Positions 13,711 to 21,592 of a stretch of DNA of 64,000 nucleotides are shown one piece after another; the first letter of the stretch is position 1, and the number at the start of each line of letters is the position of its first letter. Made by a program: the position numbers and the translations under genes. This stretch comes from Planctomycetota bacterium. Its GTDB lineage: Bacteria; Planctomycetota; B15-G4. The stretch lies in contig CBDFJQ010000002.1 of the NCBI GenBank assembly GCA_965248575.1, forward strand, positions 768,001 to 832,000, given 5' to 3'. The notes beneath the pieces were generated by a model, which did no database searches, was not told where the DNA came from, and saw nothing but the letters and a program-made list of their open reading frames with translations.

Positions 13711-15729
13711 ATGTCTAGATTCGTTGATCTCTGCGTACATGCCGGTCTTGTCGGGCTGGTCAGCACGTTGCAGCGAGGGCTTGGGCGGCGCCTATTGTTC
13801 GGTGAGTGCGCGCTGATCACCACGCTGCTTGTCGGGCTCAGCGCGCCGGCATGGGCTGCTTCAGATGACGTCGTGCAGGACGAGTGGATGAGGATCCTGC
13901 TCAATGAGGCGCCTTCGGGTTACGTCCACACCGTCATTCGCGAGCTGCCTGACGGAGGGTTCTCGACCTGGGTCGAGACCCGGTTTCGAATGGCACGCAT
14001 GGGGACTGTGCTCGTGATCGCCACCGAGCAGACCCAGCTCGAATCCGCTTCGGGGACCATCTCGAAGATGAGCCACCGCACCTTCCTTTCGAGCGAATCT
14101 GCGGCGACTGCGGTGGTCGTCGGAGATCGCCTGCATATCAGCCAGGAGGAGCCTTCCGGCGCTCGGGAGTATGACGTCAAGTGGGATGCGACCGTGCGGG
14201 GACTGGAGTTCGGGCGACGGGGGCTGACGCAGTGGGTCGCCGATGCTGCTGTTGGAGATGAGTTCCCCTTGCAGACCTTTGAGATGGAGCTGGGGCAGGT
14301 GGCCGTCTCGACCTACCGAGTGCAATCCGTCGCTGGCGACGTGCTCACCCTGCGAACCTCGCTGGATGTCATGCCCGGCATGGTCGAGACTGTCTTGATG
14401 TCCCGCTCAGGCACCGTGAGTTCTCGCGAGATGACGCTCATGGGCATGACCTTTCTCACGGAGGCAGCGAGCAAGCAAGCAGCGCTCGACGCCATGACGT
14501 CCGACGGAGTCGCAGCGGAGGTCTTCGCGACGACTGTCCTTCGGCCGAACCACCCATTGCCTCGGCCCCGCAGCTTGGATCGGGTCCTCTTCCGACTGAA
14601 GGCAAAGGACACGGCGATTCCGTTTCCTGCCTTCGATAGCGAACGACAGCGGGTAATGGACAAAGCGGCGGGGGAGGTCCTGCTCGAGATCCGCCGCGTC
14701 GAAGCTGGTGAGCAAGCGACAGCGCGTGTTTCCGCCGATGCCGACGCGGGAGCTGCTGGTTCGCCTGCGCTGCCTTCCGGGGGGGATCTGGCCGCCAATG
14801 GCACGATTCAATCAGACGATCCTGCCATCCTTGCCTTGGGGCAGGAATTCGTTGGGGACGCCGTGACGGACTGGGACAAGGCCCGGCGCTTGGAGCGTGG
14901 AGTCTTTGAGTACATCGACAAGAAGTCGTTTGGGGTGGCTTTTGCCACTGCGAGCGAGGTGTGCCGCAACCGCAGCGGGGATTGCTCCGAGCATGCGGTG
15001 CTACTCGCAGCCCTGGGCCGATCGCAGGGCATTCCCTCACGGATCGCCATGGGGCTGACGTACGTCGGTGGGATCTTTGGCGGCCACGCCTGGACCGAGA
15101 TGTGGATGGGTGGGCGCTGGGTCGCGTTGGATGGAACCAACGGCCTCGGCTCAGTCGATGCTGCCCACATCCGCTTTGGAGTGAGCGCGCTGTCCGGTCT
15201 CGGCATGGGGGCCGAGATGTACTCCTCGCTGCTTGGCCTCGCCAATCTGGAGATCGAGGTCGTCGAAACCGAGGTGGATGGAACGGTGACGTCCTACGAG
15301 GCTGGAGAGTCCCATCCCTTCGACATCAGCGGAAAGACGCTCACAAGCAACAGCTACGTCTTTCGGGTTGACGCTCCCGCGGGCTTCTCCTGGAGTGAAG
15401 AGAGCCCTCATTGGATGAGCGGCCGTCTGGCTCGAGCCGTCAACGACAAGGGGGATTCGCTCACGATCTACGCTCGGGCCGTGAGTTATGAGTTCGGTGC
15501 TGAGGACCTGGCCAAGACGGATGAGCGAGGACTCATCACCGTCAAGCGCACCGTGAAAGGGCGGTCCGCCGTCTTGGCTGATCGATCCCCTTGGACGCTG
15601 CGCGTCCTGGATCGGGACACCGTCTTTCGCTTCGACATCAGCGTTGCAGATGACGATCTCGCCTTGCAGCTGCTCTCGGAGGTCGCAGATTCCGTCTCCT
15701 TTGATGCAGCGTTGATCTCGCATGACTGA
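13711..15729 (+). CDS. Exported transglutaminase-like (Cys-His-Asp) protein
   Basis: GDCSEHAVLLAALGRSQGIPSR, GHAWTEMW, WVALDGT; signal-like segment ending AWA; start uncertain. Confidence 0.85.
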   Translation: MSRFVDLCVHAGLVGLVSTLQRGLGRRLLFGECALITTLLVGLSAPAWAASDDVVQDEWMRILLNEAPSGYVHTVIRELPDGGFSTWVETRFRMARMGTVLVIATEQTQLESASGTISKMSHRTFLSSESAATAVVVGDRLHISQEEPSGAREYDVKWDATVRGLEFGRRGLTQWVADAAVGDEFPLQTFEMELGQVAVSTYRVQSVAGDVLTLRTSLDVMPGMVETVLMSRSGTVSSREMTLMGMTFLTEAASKQAALDAMTSDGVAAEVFATTVLRPNHPLPRPRSLDRVLFRLKAKDTAIPFPAFDSERQRVMDKAAGEVLLEIRRVEAGEQATARVSADADAGAAGSPALPSGGDLAANGTIQSDDPAILALGQEFVGDAVTDWDKARRLERGVFEYIDKKSFGVAFATASEVCRNRSGDCSEHAVLLAALGRSQGIPSRIAMGLTYVGGIFGGHAWTEMWMGGRWVALDGTNGLGSVDAAHIRFGVSALSGLGMGAEMYSSLLGLANLEIEVVETEVDGTVTSYEAGESHPFDISGKTLTSNSYVFRVDAPAGFSWSEESPHWMSGRLARAVNDKGDSLTIYARAVSYEFGAEDLAKTDERGLITVKRTVKGRSAVLADRSPWTLRVLDRDTVFRFDISVADDDLALQLLSEVADSVSFDAALISHD

Positions 15730-16321
15730 GCTCACCACCTGGGCGGCTGACTCCCCGTTGGATCCGTCCAACTCAGGTAGAGAACAGGTACGTTCCGAGT
15801 CGGAGGAACCCACCTTTGACGGCGTGGAGCGTCCGCTTGCTGACCGCATGCCTCAGTGCGAACGCGCGGGGTGGCGACTGCTTCTGTACATCCTGTTTCC
15901 CGGAGTGGCGCTCGCGTGGTTGGCCATTGAGCGCCCGTCCGGCCTGGCGTGGCTCTGGTTCGCCGTCACCCCGTGGGTGCTTGCCTGGGTGACGCTTCGA
16001 CTCGTGATGTGCTTTGTGCGGCGTTCCTTCGATCGCACCCACTGGTATCTCGCGGCTGACCATGAGATGGATGCGCGCAGCGGTTGGTTGGAAATCCATC
16101 GGGGTGTCTGGTGGCGCAAGGTCATCACCGTCCCCAGGTCACGGGTCCAGCACACCGACGTGACCCAAGGACCCCTGGAACGTCGCTATGGTTTGGCGAC
16201 ACTGGTGATTCACACGGCTGGGACGCATCTCTCCACGGTCCGGCTGAATGGCTTGGCCAAGGGAACGGCAGAGAGTGTGAGGGACCTGCTCATCGAACGC
16301 GAAGCTTCCCGTGTGCCCTGA
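15722..16321 (+). CDS. YdbS-like membrane protein with bacterial PH domain
   Basis: Two TM helices, then RVQHTDVTQGPLERRYGLATLVIHTAG. Confidence 0.85.
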   Translation: MTELTTWAADSPLDPSNSGREQVRSESEEPTFDGVERPLADRMPQCERAGWRLLLYILFPGVALAWLAIERPSGLAWLWFAVTPWVLAWVTLRLVMCFVRRSFDRTHWYLAADHEMDARSGWLEIHRGVWWRKVITVPRSRVQHTDVTQGPLERRYGLATLVIHTAGTHLSTVRLNGLAKGTAESVRDLLIEREASRVP

Positions 16322-18002
16322 GGGCCTAACCGGCGGATCGGGGCAGGAATCCGGCCAGGTTTCGCCGGATGGTCGGGAGGACGCGGCCGCAGCTGCTTCC
16401 GTGCATGCACAGACGGAGCAGGCCGACGAGGTGCGCCGACTGCATCCCTCCTCGCTGCTCTTCCGGCTCGGGGCCAGCATTCGCAGCCTGTTGCTCCCGC
16501 TGATCTTGCTCGTGTTCTTCTCGGGCAAGTCGGAGAGCTTCGCATGGATCGCCTGGCCTGTCGGGGCGTCCATGGCGTACGTGACGCTGCAGTACTTCAC
16601 GCATCGCTATCGCTTCTGTGGCGACGAGCTGGTGGTTTCGGGCGGCATGTTCTTCCGCTTCGAACGGCACATTCCCTACGAGCGTGTCCAGAACATCGAC
16701 GTGACGCAGTCGCTCTTTCACCGCCTGTTCCGCGTAGCTGATGTGAAGGTCGAGACCGCCAGTGGCGCTACCGCCGAAGCACACCTCCAGGTGCTGTCGC
16801 TGTCGGCCATCGAGGAGATGCGGCAGCGAGTGTTCGCCCAGTCGGTGCAACCAAACACAACTGCACCGCAGGCCGAGCACGGCGGGATGCACTCCGAGAC
16901 GTATGACCCGCTTGGATCTTCCGTCCGAGGTCCACAGACGTTGCTGCGCTTGCGGCCTCGGGAGTTGCTGCTCTTCGGTCTCATGTCCAATCGTGGGATG
17001 GCCGTGATCTTGGGCGCGCTCGGCCTGGCCTACGAGTTCGATGTCCTGGATCAGGCGAATATCAAACGCATCGGCAACTGGGGTTCGCAGGCGGCGCCGG
17101 GCCTCTCAACTCTTCTCGAAAGTCAGGCCTTCATCGCCGTTGCCTTCGGGGCTGGTTTGGGGGTGCTTCTCTTGCTTATGCGGCTGCTGTCCGTGGGTTG
17201 GGCCTTTGGGGCCCTGTATGACTTCACGCTCCTGGTGGAAGGTGAAGACCTGCGCACGGAGTGCGGCTTGTTCACCCGCTATTCCGCCACGATTCCGCGG
17301 CGACGTATTCAGGCCGTTACGGTGCAGGAGTCCTGGCTCAACCGCATTGCGGGCTACGTTTCCGTCAAAGTGGACACGGCTGGCGGGAGCCTCTTGGAGG
17401 AGAGCGCTGCAACCCGGCGTTGGGTGGCACCGCTCGTGGCCCGCGATGAGCTTCCAGGATTGCTCGAGGCCTTGCAGCCCGGGGTGACCCGGGCGTCGGG
17501 GCCCTGGAGCACTGTTCATGCGCGGACCGCCTACAGGCTGAGTCGCAAGCGTTGCGTGCTCATCCTGGCAGCGAGCTCGCTCTCTGCGTGGTGGTGGACG
17601 CCCGCCGTGCTTTGGGGCGTCGTACCCGTGTGCCTCTTCGCTGTGTGGGACGCCCGGCGCCGCGCAGCGGCGTTCGGGCATTGCCAAGTGGGCGGTTTCT
17701 TCTCGGCCCGGAGGGGGGTCTGGACCCGGACGACTCGCATGCTGCCCTGCTCTCGCGTCCAGGTGCTTGTGGAGTCGGAGTCTCCGTTCGATCGTCGCTG
17801 GGGGACGCGGACAGTCGGCTTGGACATCGCGGGGACAGGTGAGACGACGCGTGTCCCGTTCCTGAGCGTCGATACTGCGCGTCAGTTGGCGGCAGAGTTG
17901 AATCCGCTCATGAACGATTCGCAGATCCCTGATGTCGCCCGGGATGTCGCCCCTGGCGCCGACCTCGTGGACGGGCCGAGCGAGGGCGTCGACCTCAGTT
18001 GA
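16311..18002 (+). CDS. YdbT-like membrane protein with repeated bacterial PH domains
   Basis: RRLHPSSLL, IPYERVQNIDVTQSLFHRLFRVADVKVETA and two further PH-like repeats; coupled to the YdbS-like gene. Confidence 0.85.
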   Translation: MCPEGLTGGSGQESGQVSPDGREDAAAAASVHAQTEQADEVRRLHPSSLLFRLGASIRSLLLPLILLVFFSGKSESFAWIAWPVGASMAYVTLQYFTHRYRFCGDELVVSGGMFFRFERHIPYERVQNIDVTQSLFHRLFRVADVKVETASGATAEAHLQVLSLSAIEEMRQRVFAQSVQPNTTAPQAEHGGMHSETYDPLGSSVRGPQTLLRLRPRELLLFGLMSNRGMAVILGALGLAYEFDVLDQANIKRIGNWGSQAAPGLSTLLESQAFIAVAFGAGLGVLLLLMRLLSVGWAFGALYDFTLLVEGEDLRTECGLFTRYSATIPRRRIQAVTVQESWLNRIAGYVSVKVDTAGGSLLEESAATRRWVAPLVARDELPGLLEALQPGVTRASGPWSTVHARTAYRLSRKRCVLILAASSLSAWWWTPAVLWGVVPVCLFAVWDARRRAAAFGHCQVGGFFSARRGVWTRTTRMLPCSRVQVLVESESPFDRRWGTRTVGLDIAGTGETTRVPFLSVDTARQLAAELNPLMNDSQIPDVARDVAPGADLVDGPSEGVDLS

Positions 18003-18981
18003 TCGAGCCGCGCCGCTTCCGGAAGTTCCGGAAGATGGCCTTGGCCAGCTGGATGCGGTAGTTGAGCTTCTCTCGCGTCCTCCAGTACCCCTCGGCACCG
18101 TGCACGAACCCGAACTCAAGGGCAGAGCGGCATGAGGCCACACCCTGGTTGCCACCGAAGTAGGTCCTGCCCTTGCCGATGAAGGAGGCCGAGTGGGCAT
18201 CGCTACTGCCTGTCATCCCGATTCGAACCTGGCGCTTCTGAAGTTGCTCATAGGCTTCGATGTTGTACTTCCGGCCGTAGCCTGGCACGGCGTTGGTGCA
18301 CTCGATGGCGTCGAAGGGGACGCTGTGCACGAGCTCGCCGCACCCGAGCTTCACGTTGAGGAGACGCTCGATGAACGGCGGAGCAAAGGGGTGATGCGCG
18401 ACCGCAAGGCCACCCGCCTCGTGGATCAGGCGCACCGTTTCGGCCGCCGAGAGGTCGGCGGGGATGATCTTTGTGACGAACAGTGCGCCGATGTGCCCGT
18501 CTCGAGAGGAGACTTCCAAGCCCGGGATCACGGCGAAGCGCAGTTTGCGTTCGTGGACGATGCGGCGAGCCTCAAGGGCTCCCTCGATCTCGTCATGATC
18601 GGTGATGGCGATGGCATCGAGGCGCGCCGAAGCCGCCTTCTCGAGCACATTCTCGAGCTTGTCCCCATCGGAATAGTGCGTATGGATGTGCAAGTCGGCG
18701 GTGTTCTGCAGGGTCACCCGCTGCTTGTCCGCAATGCCGGCCATGCGCAGCCCGGGCAGGAAATGTTGCTCGTAGCTGGTGGGTTGCCATGTTTCGAAGG
18801 CTTCGACGCGCTCCAGCTCGATCTCGGCTGCAGCCTCGTACTCGGCAAGCTGCTCAAGATCCTGGACGTACTGGTCCAGCTCGGCCTCGCTGGGCTCGTG
18901 GTGCAGCCCCTGGGGGGAGGGACGCCGGGTTGTGGCTTCGTTGGATGGAGAGGGCATGGCCCCACGTGTATCGGTTGACAT
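17995..18981 (-). CDS. PHP-domain metal-dependent phosphoesterase
   Basis: DLHIHTHYSDG, AITDHD, GLEVSS, AHHPF, GSSDAH; start could be 18957. Confidence 0.88.
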   Translation of the reverse strand: MSTDTRGAMPSPSNEATTRRPSPQGLHHEPSEAELDQYVQDLEQLAEYEAAAEIELERVEAFETWQPTSYEQHFLPGLRMAGIADKQRVTLQNTADLHIHTHYSDGDKLENVLEKAASARLDAIAITDHDEIEGALEARRIVHERKLRFAVIPGLEVSSRDGHIGALFVTKIIPADLSAAETVRLIHEAGGLAVAHHPFAPPFIERLLNVKLGCGELVHSVPFDAIECTNAVPGYGRKYNIEAYEQLQKRQVRIGMTGSSDAHSASFIGKGRTYFGGNQGVASCRSALEFGFVHGAEGYWRTREKLNYRIQLAKAIFRNFRKRRGSIN

Positions 18982-19212
18982 GGTCGCCCTGCTGAAGGCG
19001 CTGCGGCCCGAGCCCCATCTTCGAGGCCTTTCGGAGCTGGGGCGCTGGGGGCGTGAAGTCACGCCGGCCCTGCGGTCGCAGAGTTCCACCTTGGCGACGG
19101 CCCGCTCCGTTCCCTAGACTCGGCGGCGAGGAGCGGCACCGCCGGCGGTCGGTGTAGGACGGGCGCAGCTCCCCACACATGGATCTCGATCACCCCCTTT
19201 TTGAGTGTCACC

Positions 19213-20922
19213 ATGAGCTGGGATGCCGTCATTTTCGACTTCGAGGACACCCTCGTGGACTTGTCCCGAGGCAAGCCGCCCCGCGGGGGGCCGGTCTACT
19301 ACAGCGGCGCCAAGGGTGTGCCACCCGTGACGGACCGCGCCGGCCGACCGGTCGTGGAGGCTCTCTCGCTGCTGGGCGAGGCAGGCATCCCCGTGGCGGT
19401 CATCACCTCCAGCCCGGAAGCCGCCATGCGGCGCTGGTTCCAGGAGCACCAGTTCGCGCTACCGGTCGCCATCATCGGCTTCCATGACACGGTGCTTCAC
19501 CGTCCCTCCCCGCATCCGCTGCTGGAGGCTCTCTCCCAGATGGGCTTGATGCCCAGCGAGCGCGTGCTCGCCGTGGGAGACGACGCAGACGACATCACGG
19601 CAGCGCACCGGGCTGGCGTGACGGCTGGCACGGTCCGCGAGGTGGTCCCGGGGAGCAATCCCCCTGACCTGTTCCTGCCGTACGTCGAGAGCTTCTTCGA
19701 CGATGAGCGCCGGTTCTCGATGATTGGTGACTTCGATCGTCCAGGGCCGTCCGTGTCGCTGCAGCTGGAGTTGCCGGGGCACGTCTGTCGTGTGGGCGGT
19801 GCGCTCACCACGCAGCCGCGGAATCGACTCTCGAGTTTGCTGATGAGTGCCCGCGACGGACAGTGGTCCCGCGAGCTGGTCGACTTGGCCAAGGCCTTGG
19901 TCGACCATGCCATCGGCGCCGACCCCGATGGCGTCGTGCTGACCTGGGTGCCCGCGCGCCAGGGACGTCCCGATGTTCTCAAGACCCTGATGCTCGCTCT
20001 CAAGGAAGAGACTGGGTTGACGGTCTCGCCGCTGTTGCGTTTCCGCAGCGACCCTGGTGAACAGTCTTCGCGCGAACGCGACGTTCGTGCCACCAGCATG
20101 AACGGAACGATGGAGGCGCGGGGCAAGGTCAACCTTGCCGGGCGAACTCTTGTTGTACTCGATGACTCGCGCGGTACGGGCGCGACGCTCGCGGAGGCTG
20201 CTCGCGCCTTGCGCGATGCTGGCGCGACGCGTGTGATCGGACTGGCCCTCGGCCAGGAGGTGCACCGGGCTGATGAACCCCGAGCCGGCTACGGCCCGTT
20301 GGTGACAACAGGTGCGGGCTTCCCAGGATTGTCACGCGTTGATGCGAGCCTCGTGAGCCAGGAGGCGTCCGAGGACGAACAATCCGAAGCGGAGGACAGC
20401 AGCGCTGCCAGTACCGGCACCAGTACCGGTACCAGCGCCGAAACCCGTGCGACCACAGGTGCGAGCAGCAGCGCCGCAGGGGCCAGTTCGGTGGGCGAGG
20501 CTGGGGCAGAGGCCCGCTCCGCTCCGGGCAGCACCCAGGCAGCGCCTGGACCGTCGACGCCACGACCCAACCCGACGGTGGCTCCTCTTTCACGCCCTCG
20601 CCGCCCTGTGAGCCCCACACCCCAGGCACGCGCGGGCTCCCGCGTTGGGCTTCCTCCCATGGAGACGCCGGAGAGTCCCGCTGCGATCAAGCAGAAGTAC
20701 CCCCGGGCGTATCAACGCTGGACGGAAGAAGAAGATGCGTTGCTGCGACGCCTCTACAAGCAAGGCAAGGACCTGCCGACGATGTGTGCCGCCTTGGGGC
20801 GCCAGCTGAAATCCGTGGAGACTCGCATCCGGCGCATCGAGGTGGACATCGACGAGGCTGACTTCCGGGACGATGGCGCCGGGGAGGGCGGAGCTCTCGA
20901 GCAGGGTGCCGGTGAAGCCTGA
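19213..20922 (+). CDS. HAD hydrolase-phosphoribosyltransferase fusion with low-complexity linker and C-terminal helix-turn-helix/Myb-like domain
   Basis: FDFEDTL, ITSS, VGDDADD (HAD); LVVLDDSRGTGATL (PRPP loop); C-terminal YPRAYQRWTEEED...LGRQLKSVETRI. Confidence 0.8.
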   Translation: MSWDAVIFDFEDTLVDLSRGKPPRGGPVYYSGAKGVPPVTDRAGRPVVEALSLLGEAGIPVAVITSSPEAAMRRWFQEHQFALPVAIIGFHDTVLHRPSPHPLLEALSQMGLMPSERVLAVGDDADDITAAHRAGVTAGTVREVVPGSNPPDLFLPYVESFFDDERRFSMIGDFDRPGPSVSLQLELPGHVCRVGGALTTQPRNRLSSLLMSARDGQWSRELVDLAKALVDHAIGADPDGVVLTWVPARQGRPDVLKTLMLALKEETGLTVSPLLRFRSDPGEQSSRERDVRATSMNGTMEARGKVNLAGRTLVVLDDSRGTGATLAEAARALRDAGATRVIGLALGQEVHRADEPRAGYGPLVTTGAGFPGLSRVDASLVSQEASEDEQSEAEDSSAASTGTSTGTSAETRATTGASSSAAGASSVGEAGAEARSAPGSTQAAPGPSTPRPNPTVAPLSRPRRPVSPTPQARAGSRVGLPPMETPESPAAIKQKYPRAYQRWTEEEDALLRRLYKQGKDLPTMCAALGRQLKSVETRIRRIEVDIDEADFRDDGAGEGGALEQGAGEA

Positions 20923-21592
20923 GATCGAGGCCGCAGGACCGCGGTATTGCCCGGCTTGCGGCGCACCCGTTGAACGACGCATCCCCCCTGGCGATGACCG
21001 TCCACGAGCGATGTGCACCCAGTGCCCTGGTATCCATTACCAGAACCCGACCACCGTCGTCGGATGCCTGGTGGAGGAAGGCGATGGCGTGCTGCTGTGC
21101 CGGCGTTCCATCGAGCCTCGACACGGCACGTGGACACTTCCCGCCGGCTTCCTGGAGTTGGATGAAGGCTTGGCGGCGGGTGCCCGGCGCGAGACCAGAG
21201 AGGAAGCCTGTCTCGAAGTCGATGTGTTGGCACCACATGCCCTCTTGGACATGCCGCACATCGGGCAAGGCTATGTGCTGTTTCGCGCACGTCGGGCGGC
21301 GGGGGCAGCGGCTGCGAAGCCAGGGCACGAGACGCTCGAGACCGCTGTCTTCGGGTTGACCGAGATCCCCTGGGGGCAGCTTGCGTTCCCTGCCGTGCAC
21401 TTCGCTCTGCAGCTCTATCAGCAGGATCGAAGGAGGCTACAGGCCCGGGTGCACACTGGAGTGCTGCAATGGTTAGGCAGCGGCTCAGGTTTCGAGGCGG
21501 AATCGTACGAACTCACGGAGTACATGGGTGTCCCGATCCTTGCCGACGGGACCGAGCAAGCCGACGGGACCCTCGGTGATGCGACGGCCTAG
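20912..21592 (+). CDS. Nudix hydrolase with N-terminal zinc ribbon
   Basis: YCPACG...CTQC, HYQNP, Nudix box GFLELDEGLAAGARRETREEA; GTG start overlaps the upstream gene end. Confidence 0.9.
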   Translation: MKPEIEAAGPRYCPACGAPVERRIPPGDDRPRAMCTQCPGIHYQNPTTVVGCLVEEGDGVLLCRRSIEPRHGTWTLPAGFLELDEGLAAGARRETREEACLEVDVLAPHALLDMPHIGQGYVLFRARRAAGAAAAKPGHETLETAVFGLTEIPWGQLAFPAVHFALQLYQQDRRRLQARVHTGVLQWLGSGSGFEAESYELTEYMGVPILADGTEQADGTLGDATA

